Source: Tubiluchus corallicola
Lineage: Eukaryota > Animalia > Priapulida
Length of the DNA: 31,026 nt
Reading direction: 5' to 3'
Assembly: GCA_030141605.1 (NCBI GenBank)
Contig: JAQGDQ010001644.1
Coordinates: 1-31,026, forward strand
Part shown: positions 14,078-25,655 of the stretch, in pieces
Numbering within the stretch: position 1 is the first letter of the stretch
How the letters are laid out: each line of letters starts with the position of its first letter
The notes under the pieces: model-generated
What the model saw: the letters and a program-made list of their open reading frames with translations, nothing else
The model's database searches: none
Told to the model about the DNA's origin: nothing
Translations under genes and position numbers: made by a program

Positions 14078-14140
14078 AGCACGACATTTTTGAATCCATT
14101 TGTTCATTGACGATTTACAATTCATACAATTACAATTAAA

Positions 14141-14632
14141 AGTTACAAAACGTTACATAGACAATGCAATGCATGACAATGAAGAAAAAGAAAAATATAG
14201 AAAAAGAATCCCGCACGTGGGTATACTGGGCTAACAGAAGAGGGCTAAGATTTCCTCCTTGCAGTCCACAATTTCTCCGTTTTTCCTTTCTTTAATGGAT
14301 ACCTACCGTAATGGATAATAATTGGCAAAGTAAACTGCAATGTTTCTTTCCATTGCTTCTCCTGCTTTTCTAAATGCAAATTGTTATTTCTAGTTACAAA
14401 ACATTACATAGACAATGCAATGCATGACAATGAAGAAAAGAAACTGCACACAACCCCACACGTGAGATATAATAGGCTAATAGAACAGGGCCAAGAGTTC
14501 CTCCTTGTAGCCCACAATTTCTCTGTTTTTCCTTTCTCCAGATCATTACCCGCAATGGATAACAATTGGTAAAATAAATGCAATATTTATTTTCATTGTT
14601 TCTCGTGCTTTTCTAAATGAAAATTGTAATTT
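14141..14632. repeat. Old tandem duplication, ~251-bp period, 2 copies
   Basis: TTACATAGACAATGCAATGCATGACAATGAAGAAAA occurs in both units (starting 14141 and 14392), with colinear diverged similarity through TGCTTTTCTAAATG. Confidence 0.9.
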
Positions 14633-15121
14633 ATTTTGACTGTCCAACCCACAATTCCAATGTCTTCCTGTTAAACAAACGTTTGCGTTACCTCTACACA
14701 ATTTGGAGGTGAGCCCTTTGTTATCATCTTTATTTTACGAATGGAAATTGTTTAATTTCTTACGCTCGGCGAAACACCAACAGACGTCATAAAAAATAAA
14801 AATTCCCACAGATTTTGCGTCTGTCTTTCCACTAGACGGTAATTCTACGTCCTGCGCGGGCGTGGTGAGGCTAAAACATCTACAGGCCAAAAGATCCGTC
14901 TATTGTTCCGGCCCACCTTCGGGCAGCAGATAATTCAACGGAAACCGATAGTCAAATCGCCACGCCTTAATCCGTGTTTTACACAAAATCGGTGCCTTTT
15001 ATATGCAAAAATCAAGGAACTGTCGTATGAGGTCTGGAAGTCGACTGAAATCACGTTTTTTCAAATAGTTTTATTTACACCATGCATGACAGATTGTTCT
15101 CAATGCAGTGAAAAGGTTTAA

Positions 15122-15838
15122 AGGTAAACCGGACCCAATTTTTGACTACAGATTAAGAAAATCTACCCTATAAACTATTGAAAGACAAAATACTATTTTT
15201 AAGAATTATTACCACGGGCAGTAATTTCGTGTTCGCGCCACTACTTCGCTGTTATATGCATTTCACCATTCGTTAGTTAGACGGGCACTAGCGCCTGCTT
15301 TTCTCAAAGGTGTTGCACAAAAGCAGGTGCTGTACTTTTCCGTTAAGAGGTATTCAGTTGTGACGTAGTGCATAGGTTCTAGAGCTCATGCGTGGGTACA
15401 GCGGTAAATTTGAAATGTGAACTATAAACTTAAAATTTGCCGAATGTGCCGAAAGCGGTGCACAAATAAAAACAGGTGCTGTGCCTCCCAGTTCAGACGT
15501 GTTAATTTGTGATGAACTGCACACGTTCGACAGCTCATGCGTCAGGAATAAGTAGTAAATTTGAAATTACAATTTTTATCTTAAAACTTGCTTAGTTTTA
15601 GTACAACACACTGAATATCTTACAGTAGCACTGTACTTCAATTTTCACTTTTACAAACACGTGCAACGCGCTCGTGGAATATTTTTGATGTTGAAAATTA
15701 TGTTAGTTTGTGATATCATTACCAGGTGTGTTCGGCCATAGTAAATTAATATTTTTAACCTACTATTAAATCACTAGTATCGTATAATGTATACTTTTTA
15801 CCGTACGTAAAAATGGGTACTTCAAATTTTGTTTACCT
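15122..15838 (+). mobile_element. Complete non-autonomous Kolobok-like DNA transposon (family A), 717 bp
   Basis: TTAA|AGGTAAAC ... GTTTACCT|TTAA: 8-bp perfect TIR, TTAA on both sides, and RR..YY termini as in the Kolobok superfamily. Two other copies lie in the window. Internal ~145-bp duplication (15309-15447 vs 15455-15600). Confidence 0.85.
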
Positions 15839-16297
15839 TTAAGTAGTATAACTTGGTATGAAAACTGTTTGAGACATACTTTAAAATTTTCCTTGCTTCC
15901 AGTTTAATAATTAGGATGCAAAATGAGCAGACATCGTTTAATGACAAAACTTTTTATCAAAACTTTTGCCGCCACGTCTGTATAGAAATTCCGCGTGATT
16001 TTAGTTTCATTCCCACCTACATTTTGAAGGTTGACCTCCAGACGATGTTGACAGACTGATTTTGTCTAAAGCGCAGGACTTTGTCATCCATGACACGTTT
16101 TTTCTAAGTCATAAAACCATTAGATTTTGGTAGCAGACGGGTCTAGTTCACTGATAGTTGAAAATGGAGACAACTCAAAGTGTGACACAGTTTCAGTACA
16201 GGAAATTCAATGGTATATTAAACTTCTTGCTGTATACTTACACGAGCACTTACATAAGTATGTTTACACTCTTAGTTTCTGGCTTCCTGGCAGTGTC

Positions 16298-16430
16298 TTG
16301 TTGTTGGTGTTGTTGATGTCGTTGTTGTTGTTGTTGATGTCGTTGTTGATGTTGTTGATGTCGTTGTTGTTGTTGTTTATGTTGGCTGTTGCTGTTGCTG
16401 TTGCTGTTGCTGTTCCTGCTGATGTTGATG
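16298..16430. repeat. (GTT/GCT/GAT)n compound trinucleotide tract
   Basis: Direct reading; shares the TTCCTGCTGATGTTG interruption with the 21.5-kb tract. Confidence 0.95.
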
Positions 16431-16443
16431 TACACGAGTGTAT

Positions 16444-16605
16444 CGCTTACGTCACAAACGAATCACAGTTTGTGCAAAGGTAATCACCTTCCCTGCTTGT
16501 CAAGCACAGTTGCGCAAACGAACATTGCTATAAGGCGCAGATGTGATGTCACGTTAATGGGCTCTACGTCACACTGACGTCAGAGACGAACACTGCAGTT
16601 CATGA
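16444..16605 (-). mobile_element. Partial inverted copy of family B internal region
   Basis: Reverse complement aligns with 16871-17028 (TCATGAACTGYAGTGTTCGTCTSTGACGTCAGTGTGACGTAGAG ... GTTTGTGACGTAA). Confidence 0.85.
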
Positions 16606-16632
16606 CCAGGGAACACATGCACAGAAACTTAA

Positions 16633-17154
16633 AGGAAAACCGGACGATTGTGTAAACATGAGTTCAAAATAAAGAATGCTCTAAAATAATGAAAACTCCG
16701 GTAGCTTTTTTAAATCAAAGCTTAGATTAATTAATAATTACCCCGGACAGTTAATTTTGATAAACTTTTAAAGCTACGTGCGGCTCAGCGAATCCACTGA
16801 GGCAAGCAATGGCGCCCTTTTATCACATTCGCGAGGTCAACAAATAGGCGTCGTACCGTGATAAGCATGCTCATGAACTGTAGTGTTCGTCTGTGACGTC
16901 AGTGTGACGTAGAGTCCATTTTTGTGACATTTCGTCAGCGTCTTATAGTAATGTTCGCTTACACAAACGTCCCTGACGAGTAGGGGAGATGTCAACCATT
17001 GCATTGCGGTTAGTTTGTGACGTAAACGTTAGCAGTGTTCGGTTGCCGTTAATTAACTTTCTAAGCTAATTATTCAAATATTAGAAACAATTGCTAACTT
17101 TTATAGGCAAGAAAATGTATATTTTGCACAGTAAATTGAAATAAGTTTGGGTCT
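16633..17154 (+). mobile_element. Non-autonomous TTAA-flanked element family B (Kolobok-like), ~520 bp
   Basis: TTAA|AGGAAAACCGGAC ... GGGTCT|TTAA. The 5' terminus resembles family A (AGGTAAACCGGAC). Homologous to 6514-7005; the TIR match is weak. Confidence 0.75.
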
Positions 17155-17565
17155 TTAACAGAACCAAACCCTGCTGTTGAATAACAGTGATTCAATTTCC
17201 CACATCAGATCATGGAAGCCTTATGAACAAAACGTTTTTTCATCCTTTTTGGACGCTGACACTCTTGCTCCAAGACGTAACGATCACGACTGAAACATAT
17301 ACCAAAACCTGCAGGGTAAAAACAAAATTTAAAAGTGCAATTAGCAAAAATATTTCTGCAGCATAAAAGACCATTAAAGGCCAGTAAGTGACCACTACCA
17401 ACTGACCACAAAGAGATACTGACCGTTCGAGTTGATAATTTATTCCCATTTCATGTCTGTATAATGTAGTTTTCCAAGGTCGCGAAGTATTGTTTAAGAA
17501 ATCAGCCTTCAGCTGACAAAGCTCAGGAGTAATTATGCTAAGAAATGCAGAAAGGAAAACCAAGT

Positions 17566-18338
<773 letters not shown>

Positions 18339-18488
18339 CCTAGCGTATGCTCATAAAATGCACGTTTGAAGACTGCATCTGAAATGAACTTTTCTGAGAG
18401 AATTTTTCAGAACATCAGTACACCCTGGTGGTAGTAATAAATATTTGAATGAGAGCCTTGAAGACTGAAGTGGAGAGGGTTTTTTTAA

Positions 18489-18916
18489 CCCTTTCAGTCC
18501 CAAATTATTTTTTTGATAAGAAGAAATTTTTTGGCTTGGTACTTTTGTTCAGCATGTCCATCTTGTTTGCACATAATAATGATTTTTTTCTACCTGTGCC
18601 CGCGTGCTAAATATATCCTGTATCCCACGGGATACATTGGGATTCAATGGAAGCATAAAATGTGCTTCATTTTGCAACTGCTGATAATTTTTTAAAGTAT
18701 TTAAGAGATTTAGTATGCACGCTATGCTGATGTGTACAAAGTCGTCTCTAAAGTACTGTACCTTGCGCAGTTTTTTATGTTATGTAGATTTTCTAGTTTG
18801 CCATTTTATCACCATTTTAGTCTATTGTTATTGTCTTAAATCAAAATAATTATTTTATTAATTTTAAGAGCAGAGAATATTATCGTATCCCATAGGATAC
18901 AACGGGTATGAAAGGG
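18489..18916. mobile_element. piggyBac-like MITE, 428 bp
   Basis: TTAA|CCCTTTCA ... TGAAAGGG|TTAA; internal palindromes GTATCCCACGGGATAC (18620-18635) and GTATCCCATAGGATAC (18885-18900). Confidence 0.88.
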
Positions 18917-19639
18917 TTAAACTGGCAGAATTCCGTATAATCAAATGCTTTGTATATGACGCAGAGATAAAGAAGATGTAACAACATGTTTTGTTAGATT
19001 TTCTATATATTCTATATTATATTATATTTTAGATTGTCGATTTACTTCACAGTTTAGAAACCAACCCTTTTATAATACGCTTGATTTAAAGTAATTCAAC
19101 ATATTATTTTTGTTGCTTTCATACAAAGTTTTAAATTTATTTAAATGAAAAAAATTGGTTTCTTGGGCGTTCTAACTGCAAAGTTTACAAGATGGACGTT
19201 CATTATAAGATTGTTAATCTCACAGCGTATTTCCTGCATTAATGTCAATAAATAAACTCATTAACTACAGGAATCAGATTAATTCATCTTATCGACAATC
19301 TGTCTTTTATTTATTGACTTTTACGTAATCAAATAAAAGCAGAAAATCACGTAAGATCAGCTAATTTTGTTCCAATAAATTTATACTGATGCTTTGACAA
19401 GTTCTGTCAGTAAATCCATGAAATAATCTCCCTTTAGAAATGCGTATTATTGGCCAATCGTTTCGACATCAGCTGTCATTATCAATGGTAGAAATCAAGT
19501 CAAAAAATAATCAATATTATTGCAGATTCAAAAGAGTAAAATTTAAATTGTCAGTGTGCAAGTAGAAATAACTTCAAATGAAAACTTCCATAAAGAAAAT
19601 TTAATTTTTCTCTTTTGATTTTGTAATGACATTTTTGCC

Positions 19640-20250
19640 TTGTCATGTCTTGGGGTGGTGTATATAAAAGTAATCTGGAAGCTTTACAAACTACCCAGAA
19701 CAAAATTCTCAAACTGATATATCATGTAAGGTATGACCATCCCACAAATATAATTTATTTGTCTGTTAAAACTCTTAAAGTGAAAGAAATATATGACGTG
19801 TATTGTCTTCATTTCATGTATCACTATCATAATTCACCACTTCCACCAGCTTTTCAGTCATACTTTAGTCTAGTTTCAAATCAACATGATCATTACACAA
19901 GATATTCAGTCGAAAACTATGTACTCCCTCTTCCAAAAACAAATATAATGGAACAGTCATCAAAATATAATGCTATTAAAATATGCTCATCAATTCCGCG
20001 TGAAATGAAAACTCTTAATCTTTATCAATTTAAAAAAGCATCAAAGAATTACCTACTACAACGGTATAATTAACTCACAATTTTACTCATCCTGATCTTA
20101 AGTTACTAACAAAACTTATTTTGTTCTAATGCACGTTATAACTGATGAAAATGTAATGTTAATTGTCAATTGTTTCACTTATCTGGAGGAGGACTCGAAA
20201 GCTCAATGCTCCTTCCCCCTCCTCACAGTAACTCGCATAGTTTTTTTTTC
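19640..20250 (+). mobile_element. 5'-truncated CR1-group (L2/Crack/Daphne-like) LINE: ORF2 C-terminus plus 3' UTR
   Basis: ORF 19645-20073 shows the post-RT pattern WG..LQ..Q.K..K.I ... FMY ... LP.AF..YF ... H.H.TR ... P.T ... Y...K....IP..MK ... FKK..K..LL. 3' stem GAGGAGG (20186-20192)/CCTCCTC (20218-20224). No RT core is present. Confidence 0.85.
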
Positions 20251-20269
20251 AGTGTTTTCAATGTAATGT

Positions 20270-20495
20270 CCTTGGTTTGCAGTGTCGTAAATATATTGAT
20301 TATTTGTTTGTTTTGATTTCGAATCAACACGAGTAGTTTGAAGACGTTTAAAGACACGATTTGAAATCAACTTTCTGAGAAAGTCAACATGTTTTATTAA
20401 GTGGAGACGATCGTTTCGACAGCAACTGTCATTACCAATAGTGGAAATCAAACCAAAACAAATAATCAATATATTCATGACACTATTAACCGAGG
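20270..20495. repeat. Short imperfect inverted repeat (family D)
   Basis: 20270-20320 is the reverse complement of 20444-20495 (core AAACAAATAATCAATATATT). A related direct copy lies at ~19457-19520. Confidence 0.8.
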
Positions 20496-20599
20496 CACAA
20501 AATATTATTACAAAATCAAGCGTGGAATTTTTTTTATAAAATCTCTTTCTAGTTATCTCCTTTTGCATTTTGACAATTTTAATTTTGCTCTTTCGAATG

Positions 20600-20978
20600 T
20601 GGAAAGTACAGTGCCACTGTAAGATATTCAGTGCGTTGTACTAAAACTAGACAAGTTTTAAGACAAAAAATCAAATTCAACACTGCGCTCACGCTTGAGC
20701 TGTCGAACTTGTGTAGTACGTCACAAACTAACACATCTGAACTAAGAGGTACAGCAGCTCTTTCTTGCACAATGCGTTTCCGAAATGCAGACGCTGGTGC
20801 CCGTCTAACTAGTAAATGGCAAAATGCAAGTAACAGCGAAGAACTAGTGACGCTAACGTGAAATTGTGTTCGCGAATTCTTTCACGTAAGTCATTTTTTA
20901 AAAAAATAGTATGTTTCCTTTCAGTATTTTAAAGAGTAGATTGTTTTGACCTGCAGTTTAACATTGGGTTCGACTCTT
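20600..20978 (-). mobile_element. Partial inverted copy of Kolobok-like family A
   Basis: Reverse complement aligns with ~10880-11250 (AAAACAATCTACTCTT, GAAAGGAAACATACTATTTTTT, GCATTTCGGAAACGC, AATATCTTACAGT). Confidence 0.85.
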
Positions 20979-21538
20979 TCATGTATTCACTAAGAGAAAT
21001 TATCAGAACATCAGTACGAACTTATGGAAAAGAAATTAACTGATTTGATGTGGTTTTCTGTTTTCGTTTGGTTGTGTAAAAGTAAATAATTGCTAATAAG
21101 TAAATAATTATTAAATAAATAAAGTATGTTAATTTTGATTTTTGCCAGAAAAGATAATTTCAAATAGTGTGTGCAAATGGCTTCAGATATGGAGGTTACA
21201 AGGTACGAGAAATTGCCATGAATAACCCAAACTGCCACTGAGTTTGTAAAATATGCGAAAGAGGCACATTCTCAGACGAATCGTTAATAAGAGATGCCAC
21301 TAGAGGCGTATTGATCATTTAGGGTAAATGTTCATCCCAGACGATCGTAAATGGCTTCTTTTGTTGGTAAATGCAAGAAATGTAGTTCATGCATTAATAT
21401 TTAAACTCGTGACCCAGTGAATCTGGTGTCATTGAAAAAACTCCATTCTTTGATTATCGACGAACAGGTGAACGCATAATGTGAATTACTTTACTGTCTG
21501 CTGTTCGTGGAGGTAGTGGAGCCACCGTCGCTAGTAAT

Positions 21539-22054
21539 GCTGTTGCTGTTGTCGTTGTTGTTGTTGTTGTTTTTGCTGTTGTCGTTATTGTTGTTGCTGT
21601 TGCTGGTGTTGCTGTTGTCGTTGTTGTTGTTGTTGTTTTTGCTGTTGTCCTTATTGTTGTTGCTGTTGCTGGTGTTGTTTTTGTTGTTGCTGTTGTTGTT
21701 GTTGTTGTTGTTGTTGCTGTTGATGTTGTTGTCGTTGTTGTTGTCGTTGTTGCTGCTGTTGCTGTTGCTGTTGCTCTTCCTGCTGATGTTGTTGTTGTTC
21801 TTCTTGTTCTTGTTGTTGCTGCGGCTGCTGCTTCTGTTGCTTCTGTTGCTGCTGTTGCTACTGTTGTTGTTGTTGCTGCTGCCTGTTGCTGTTGTTATCG
21901 CTGTTCCTGCTGATGTTGTTGCTGTTGTTGTTGCTGCTGTTACTGTTGCTGCTGCTGTTGTTGTTCTTGCTGCTGTTGCTGCTGCTGTTGTTGTTGTTGT
22001 TGCCGTTGCTGTTGCTGCTGCTGCTGCTGTTGTTGTTGCTGTTGCTGCTGTTGC

Positions 22055-22088
<34 letters not shown>

Positions 22089-22125
22089 GCTGCTGCTGCT
22101 GTTGCTGTTGTTATTGCTGCTTCTG
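21539..22125. repeat. (GTT/GCT)n compound trinucleotide tract with internal 66-bp duplication
   Basis: Direct reading; 21545-21610 is repeated at 21611-21676. Source of the poly-L/N/A ORFs. Confidence 0.97.
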
Positions 22126-22199
22126 ATCCTGCTGTGCTCTTGCTAATGTCACGAAGCAATTATCTCACTTTTGTTACTAAATTCACTTTCTAACATTGA

Positions 22200-22290
22200 A
22201 ATAAGCCTAACTTCTCTGAAGGCTTGGCCTCGCCTTTAAAAGCTCCTCGTTGACTGAATAAATAAATAAATTAATAAACAAACAAATATT
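22200..22290 (+). mobile_element. Possible retroposon 3' tail
   Basis: AAGCCT (22203-22208)/AGGCTT (22220-22225) stem followed by GAATAAA(TAAA)n, resembling CR1-group LINE/SINE ends. Confidence 0.4.
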
Positions 22291-22739
22291 AATAATATTA
22301 TTCTGCCACTGCTAAATCAAAACGCTTTCCTGCTGCTTATGTTGACGACAGCAATGATTATGACGATAATGATGAAGATGATGACAACTGTGATGCTAAT
22401 GACGTTGACTATGATCATAACGACAACAACGACGATGAAGACGAAGGTGGTGATGGGTAACGATGACGTATTCCTTAACAAAGCATTGAGTTTCAATGAA
22501 TATTTTCAAATTTAAATTCGGTGCAGACCCAACGTGCTTGATTGTTTCCCGACAGTGCCTCCGGTCTAATATAGCACAAGCTGCAGGTGCTATATTTCAG
22601 GGATGAACAGGATAGTCGCATCACTAGGATTCCCAAAACTAAAAAACGGTCGATTGTTATTGCAATTCAAAGTTATTGCACCCTCCCTTCTTGTTTATCC
22701 ACTTAGTTCCGCTCCGTGTGTAGTAAGAAATTTACTTCT

Positions 22740-23841
22740 AATAAGCCTTTTCGTAGCTCCAGAGATTGATCATGACCCAGCAGAGGTCAAAGGTTAAGTG
22801 CAGCAGACTGTTCATTTCTGACACTTAGCAATGCCTCGCAACTTAGGTTGTTGTAATTTAACAGCTAGCTAGAACTTTACCTAGTTCTTTTGTTTCTTGT
22901 TCCCAAGCAAGATCCTGCTAGTAAATCACTCTGCTCACAGTGTAATGCACAATTAAGAGTAGGCACCTTAAACAATGGAAATTACTGAACTGATGTGGCA
23001 GACGGCTTTGCGTTACCCACATATCACGTGACGATTGTAGTTAAAGCTGTGTACGCTTAACCTTTGACTTCCAGCAACTGCGCGTGCGCACAACGAAACC
23101 GTGAAAAGTCTTAATATTACTTGTTTAGACGTCACCATTTATTTCTCAATAGTTTTGATAAAAAAAAACAGATTTGCCCAGCTTCCAATAAGTTCGATAA
23201 TGATTTAATACGTTATTCAAATAGTACTGGATTCGTGTTCCCGACTCTCCCGTAAAATTTTACCTGGCGGTCATACAGTATTGTTTGACGCCACTGTTGC
23301 TATTATTCCTCCAGCTGATCCTGTAGTGAGAACTCCTGTCAGTATTTTAAACATTGAGCACGTAACTCAAACCGTATCAATCATTATTAAATTTAATCAG
23401 AACAAAATATTCGTGTGCAGAAGAAGTATCAGGGCTTGTGTTACTAAGCAACGTGTGTTTCACAACAATGTTTTGAAATGATAATTATGCTGATTATGAC
23501 GTAAGTCGAATAAGACTTTTCACCGTTTCGTTGTGCGCACGCGCAGCTGCTATAGGTTAAACGTTAAATGTACCATTGCAAACGCGTGTTGCTAACTACA
23601 ACCGTCGCCTGACGTGTGGGTAAATCAAGGCCGTCTGCCGCATCAGTGCACTAGCGTCAGTTCTTTTAAGTAGACTTTACTTAATCACGGATTATTCTGT
23701 GCGGTAATTTGCTACTGTTACAGTTACAATAGCATGGGCTGCGAGGCGTTGATAAGTGTACACAAATACGTTTTCTGGTACACTTAGCCTTTGACCTTTT
23801 CACGATCATCATCGATCGCTTGAATGGTGAAAAGGCTTATT
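22740..23841. repeat. Diverged inverted repeat pair, arms ~22740-23113 and ~23511-23841
   Basis: 23073-23113 matches the reverse complement of 23511-23551 at 39/41. Further colinear blocks: GGCAGACGGC, ACACTTANCAAYGCCTCGCA, AGGTCAAAGGYTAAGTG, AATAAGCCTTTTC. Confidence 0.88.
23264..23335 (-). CDS. Candidate internal exon of unknown gene (SSHYRISWRNNSNSGVKQYCMTA)
   Basis: GACAG| acceptor and CAG|GTAAAA donor; 72 nt, symmetric phase, one open frame. An alternative acceptor gives 57 nt in the same frame. No recognised homology. Confidence 0.25.
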
Positions 23842-23950
23842 CACTTTCCTACTTATGCTTGATATTTTAACTAACTCTTGGATGATCAGTCAAAAGTAAG
23901 GGAAAAAAATACATTCTGCAAACTTCTTTGAGTGAATCGGTCTATCTTCT

Positions 23951-24359
23951 AGGCCAGACTATAACATTTTTTATCCCCTGGGTTAATGAGATTATGCCCC
24001 CCCCCTCTGACGGAGCCACCCTCTAACTAGTCCGCATACGTATTATATATTTTTTACTCCTGATATATTTTTACGGCGTTTACATAACTTAGCTTATTGC
24101 AAATTCTTTAAATAAACAAGAATAGTTATCCTTTGTTTGTCAATAAAAATATTCTTTAAGAAATACCACTATTTTAGTCATTATTGCAAACCAAATTAGC
24201 ACATATTTGAACACAACCATAGTAAAAAAAACAGATTTTTTACCAAATTTATCAAAGCCAGGAGGGCCCCCAAGCTTGAGGACTCTATGCTACAGCCTAC
24301 ACTAGCCTGTGGGACAACATGGCCCGTAGGACAACCTGGCCTGTGGGACAACATGGCCT
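23951..24359 (+). mobile_element. MITE family C, copy without satellite expansion
   Basis: Ends AGGCCA...TGGCCT. The body aligns with 28119-28400 (TTTTTACTCYTGATATATTTT, AAATATTCTTTMAGAAATACCA, TTATTGCAAAC, AAAAACAGATTTTTT, TTATCAAAG). 17-bp unit x3 at 24305-24358. Superfamily not established. Confidence 0.78.
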
Positions 24360-24710
24360 TCATTATTTAATTCAAAGCAAAACTTTTTCTCTTAGAAAAT
24401 TGGGAACCAGCAAACGAATTAGAATTACAGGGGATTACATGCTGATTTTTGGCTTTGTATACAGTTTTACATAGTCTATAATGTATGAATAGGTTTTGTA
24501 TGAATATTCCAACAGGCCGCTTGTGTAAAATTACTGTTTATAACTACACATGTGTAAAAGCATCTATAGGTCTATGTGATTGGAGCCTTTCTTTGCTCAT
24601 TGGGTTCATACTGGTCAGTCTGTGTTCATTAAAGAAATCCTGTCTATCTACTCTTTGATTGGTTACATTTGAAGGTACTTGTGAAGGAATTTTGTAGGAA
24701 ATAAAAACTT

Positions 24711-25194
24711 GGAGCTTCCCTGCACCCTGGCTCGGTTTCCTAGAAGTTCCTCCTTGCACTATGGCCCGGTTCCAAGAGGTTCCTTGCACTATGGCCCGGT
24801 TCCAAGAGGTTTCTTGCACTATGGCCCGGTGCCAGGAGGTTTCTTGCACTATGGCCCGGTTCCAAGAGGTTCCTTGCACTATGGCCCGGTTCCAAGAGGT
24901 GCCTTGCACTATGGCCCGGTTCCAGGAGCTTCCCTGCACCCTGGCCCGGTTTTCTGGAGGTTCCTCCTTGCACTATGGCCCGGTTCCAAGAAGTTCCTTG
25001 CACTATGACCGGTTCCAGGATCTTCCTTGCACTATGGCCCGGTTCCAGGAGCTTCCCTGCACCCTGGCCCGGTTCCAAGAGGTTCCTTGCACTATGGCCC
25101 GGTTCCAGGAGGTTTCTTGCACTATGGCCCGGTGCTAGGAGGTTCCTTGCACTATGGCCCGGTTCCAGGAGGTTCCTTGCACTATGGCCCGGTT
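24711..25194. repeat. 30-bp minisatellite, ~16 copies
   Basis: Unit TCCTTGCACTATGGCCCGGTTCCARGAGGT. Variant TCCCTGCACCCTGG at 24717, 24931 and 25054; two 34-bp units and one 29-bp unit. Confidence 0.97.
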
Positions 25195-25655
25195 TCCGGT
25201 ATTTCTGGGAAGTAAACAGTTGAACAGTTGAACTTGCAGACACTGATTCAATACTGAATGTGACTGTAGGTGAATAATGTAGGTTCTGTTATTAGTATTA
25301 TTATTATTATTTATTTTTATATACTATATATAAAACTATATACAAAATACCTTCCCTCTATTCGTAGATATATGTTTAAAATTTCTAAATGCATTTACAA
25401 AGATTAAACATATTCACATTTATATAATTTAGAATCTAATGCATGAGACACATTGAACGGCAACGATCATATACAATGGACATAGTTACAGATTATAATC
25501 CATCACTTCATACATACATAATAAAAGATAACGAACATATTTTAACACATGGTAAGAAAATCTATGCGTATTACACACAATGAAAAACAACCAGTACAAT
25601 TATAATAAACTGTTAGGGTTCTGTTACGTAGTAAGAACAATTATGTTTGGCAAAA

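Noticed and set aside
17205-17310. Minus-strand terminal exon candidate (GFGICFSRDRYVLEQECQRPKRMKKRFVHKASMI*) after a good acceptor
   Set aside because: An acceptor alone is insufficient; no homology and no convincing upstream exon.
20143-20200. CTGATGA...CGAAA as a hammerhead ribozyme core
   Set aside because: I could not form stem II or the flanking stems; the region is better explained as LINE 3' UTR.
21491-22193. Poly-Ala/Thr/Asn (antifreeze-like) and poly-Leu ORFs
   Set aside because: Trinucleotide tract open on both strands; related tracts occur elsewhere in non-coding context.
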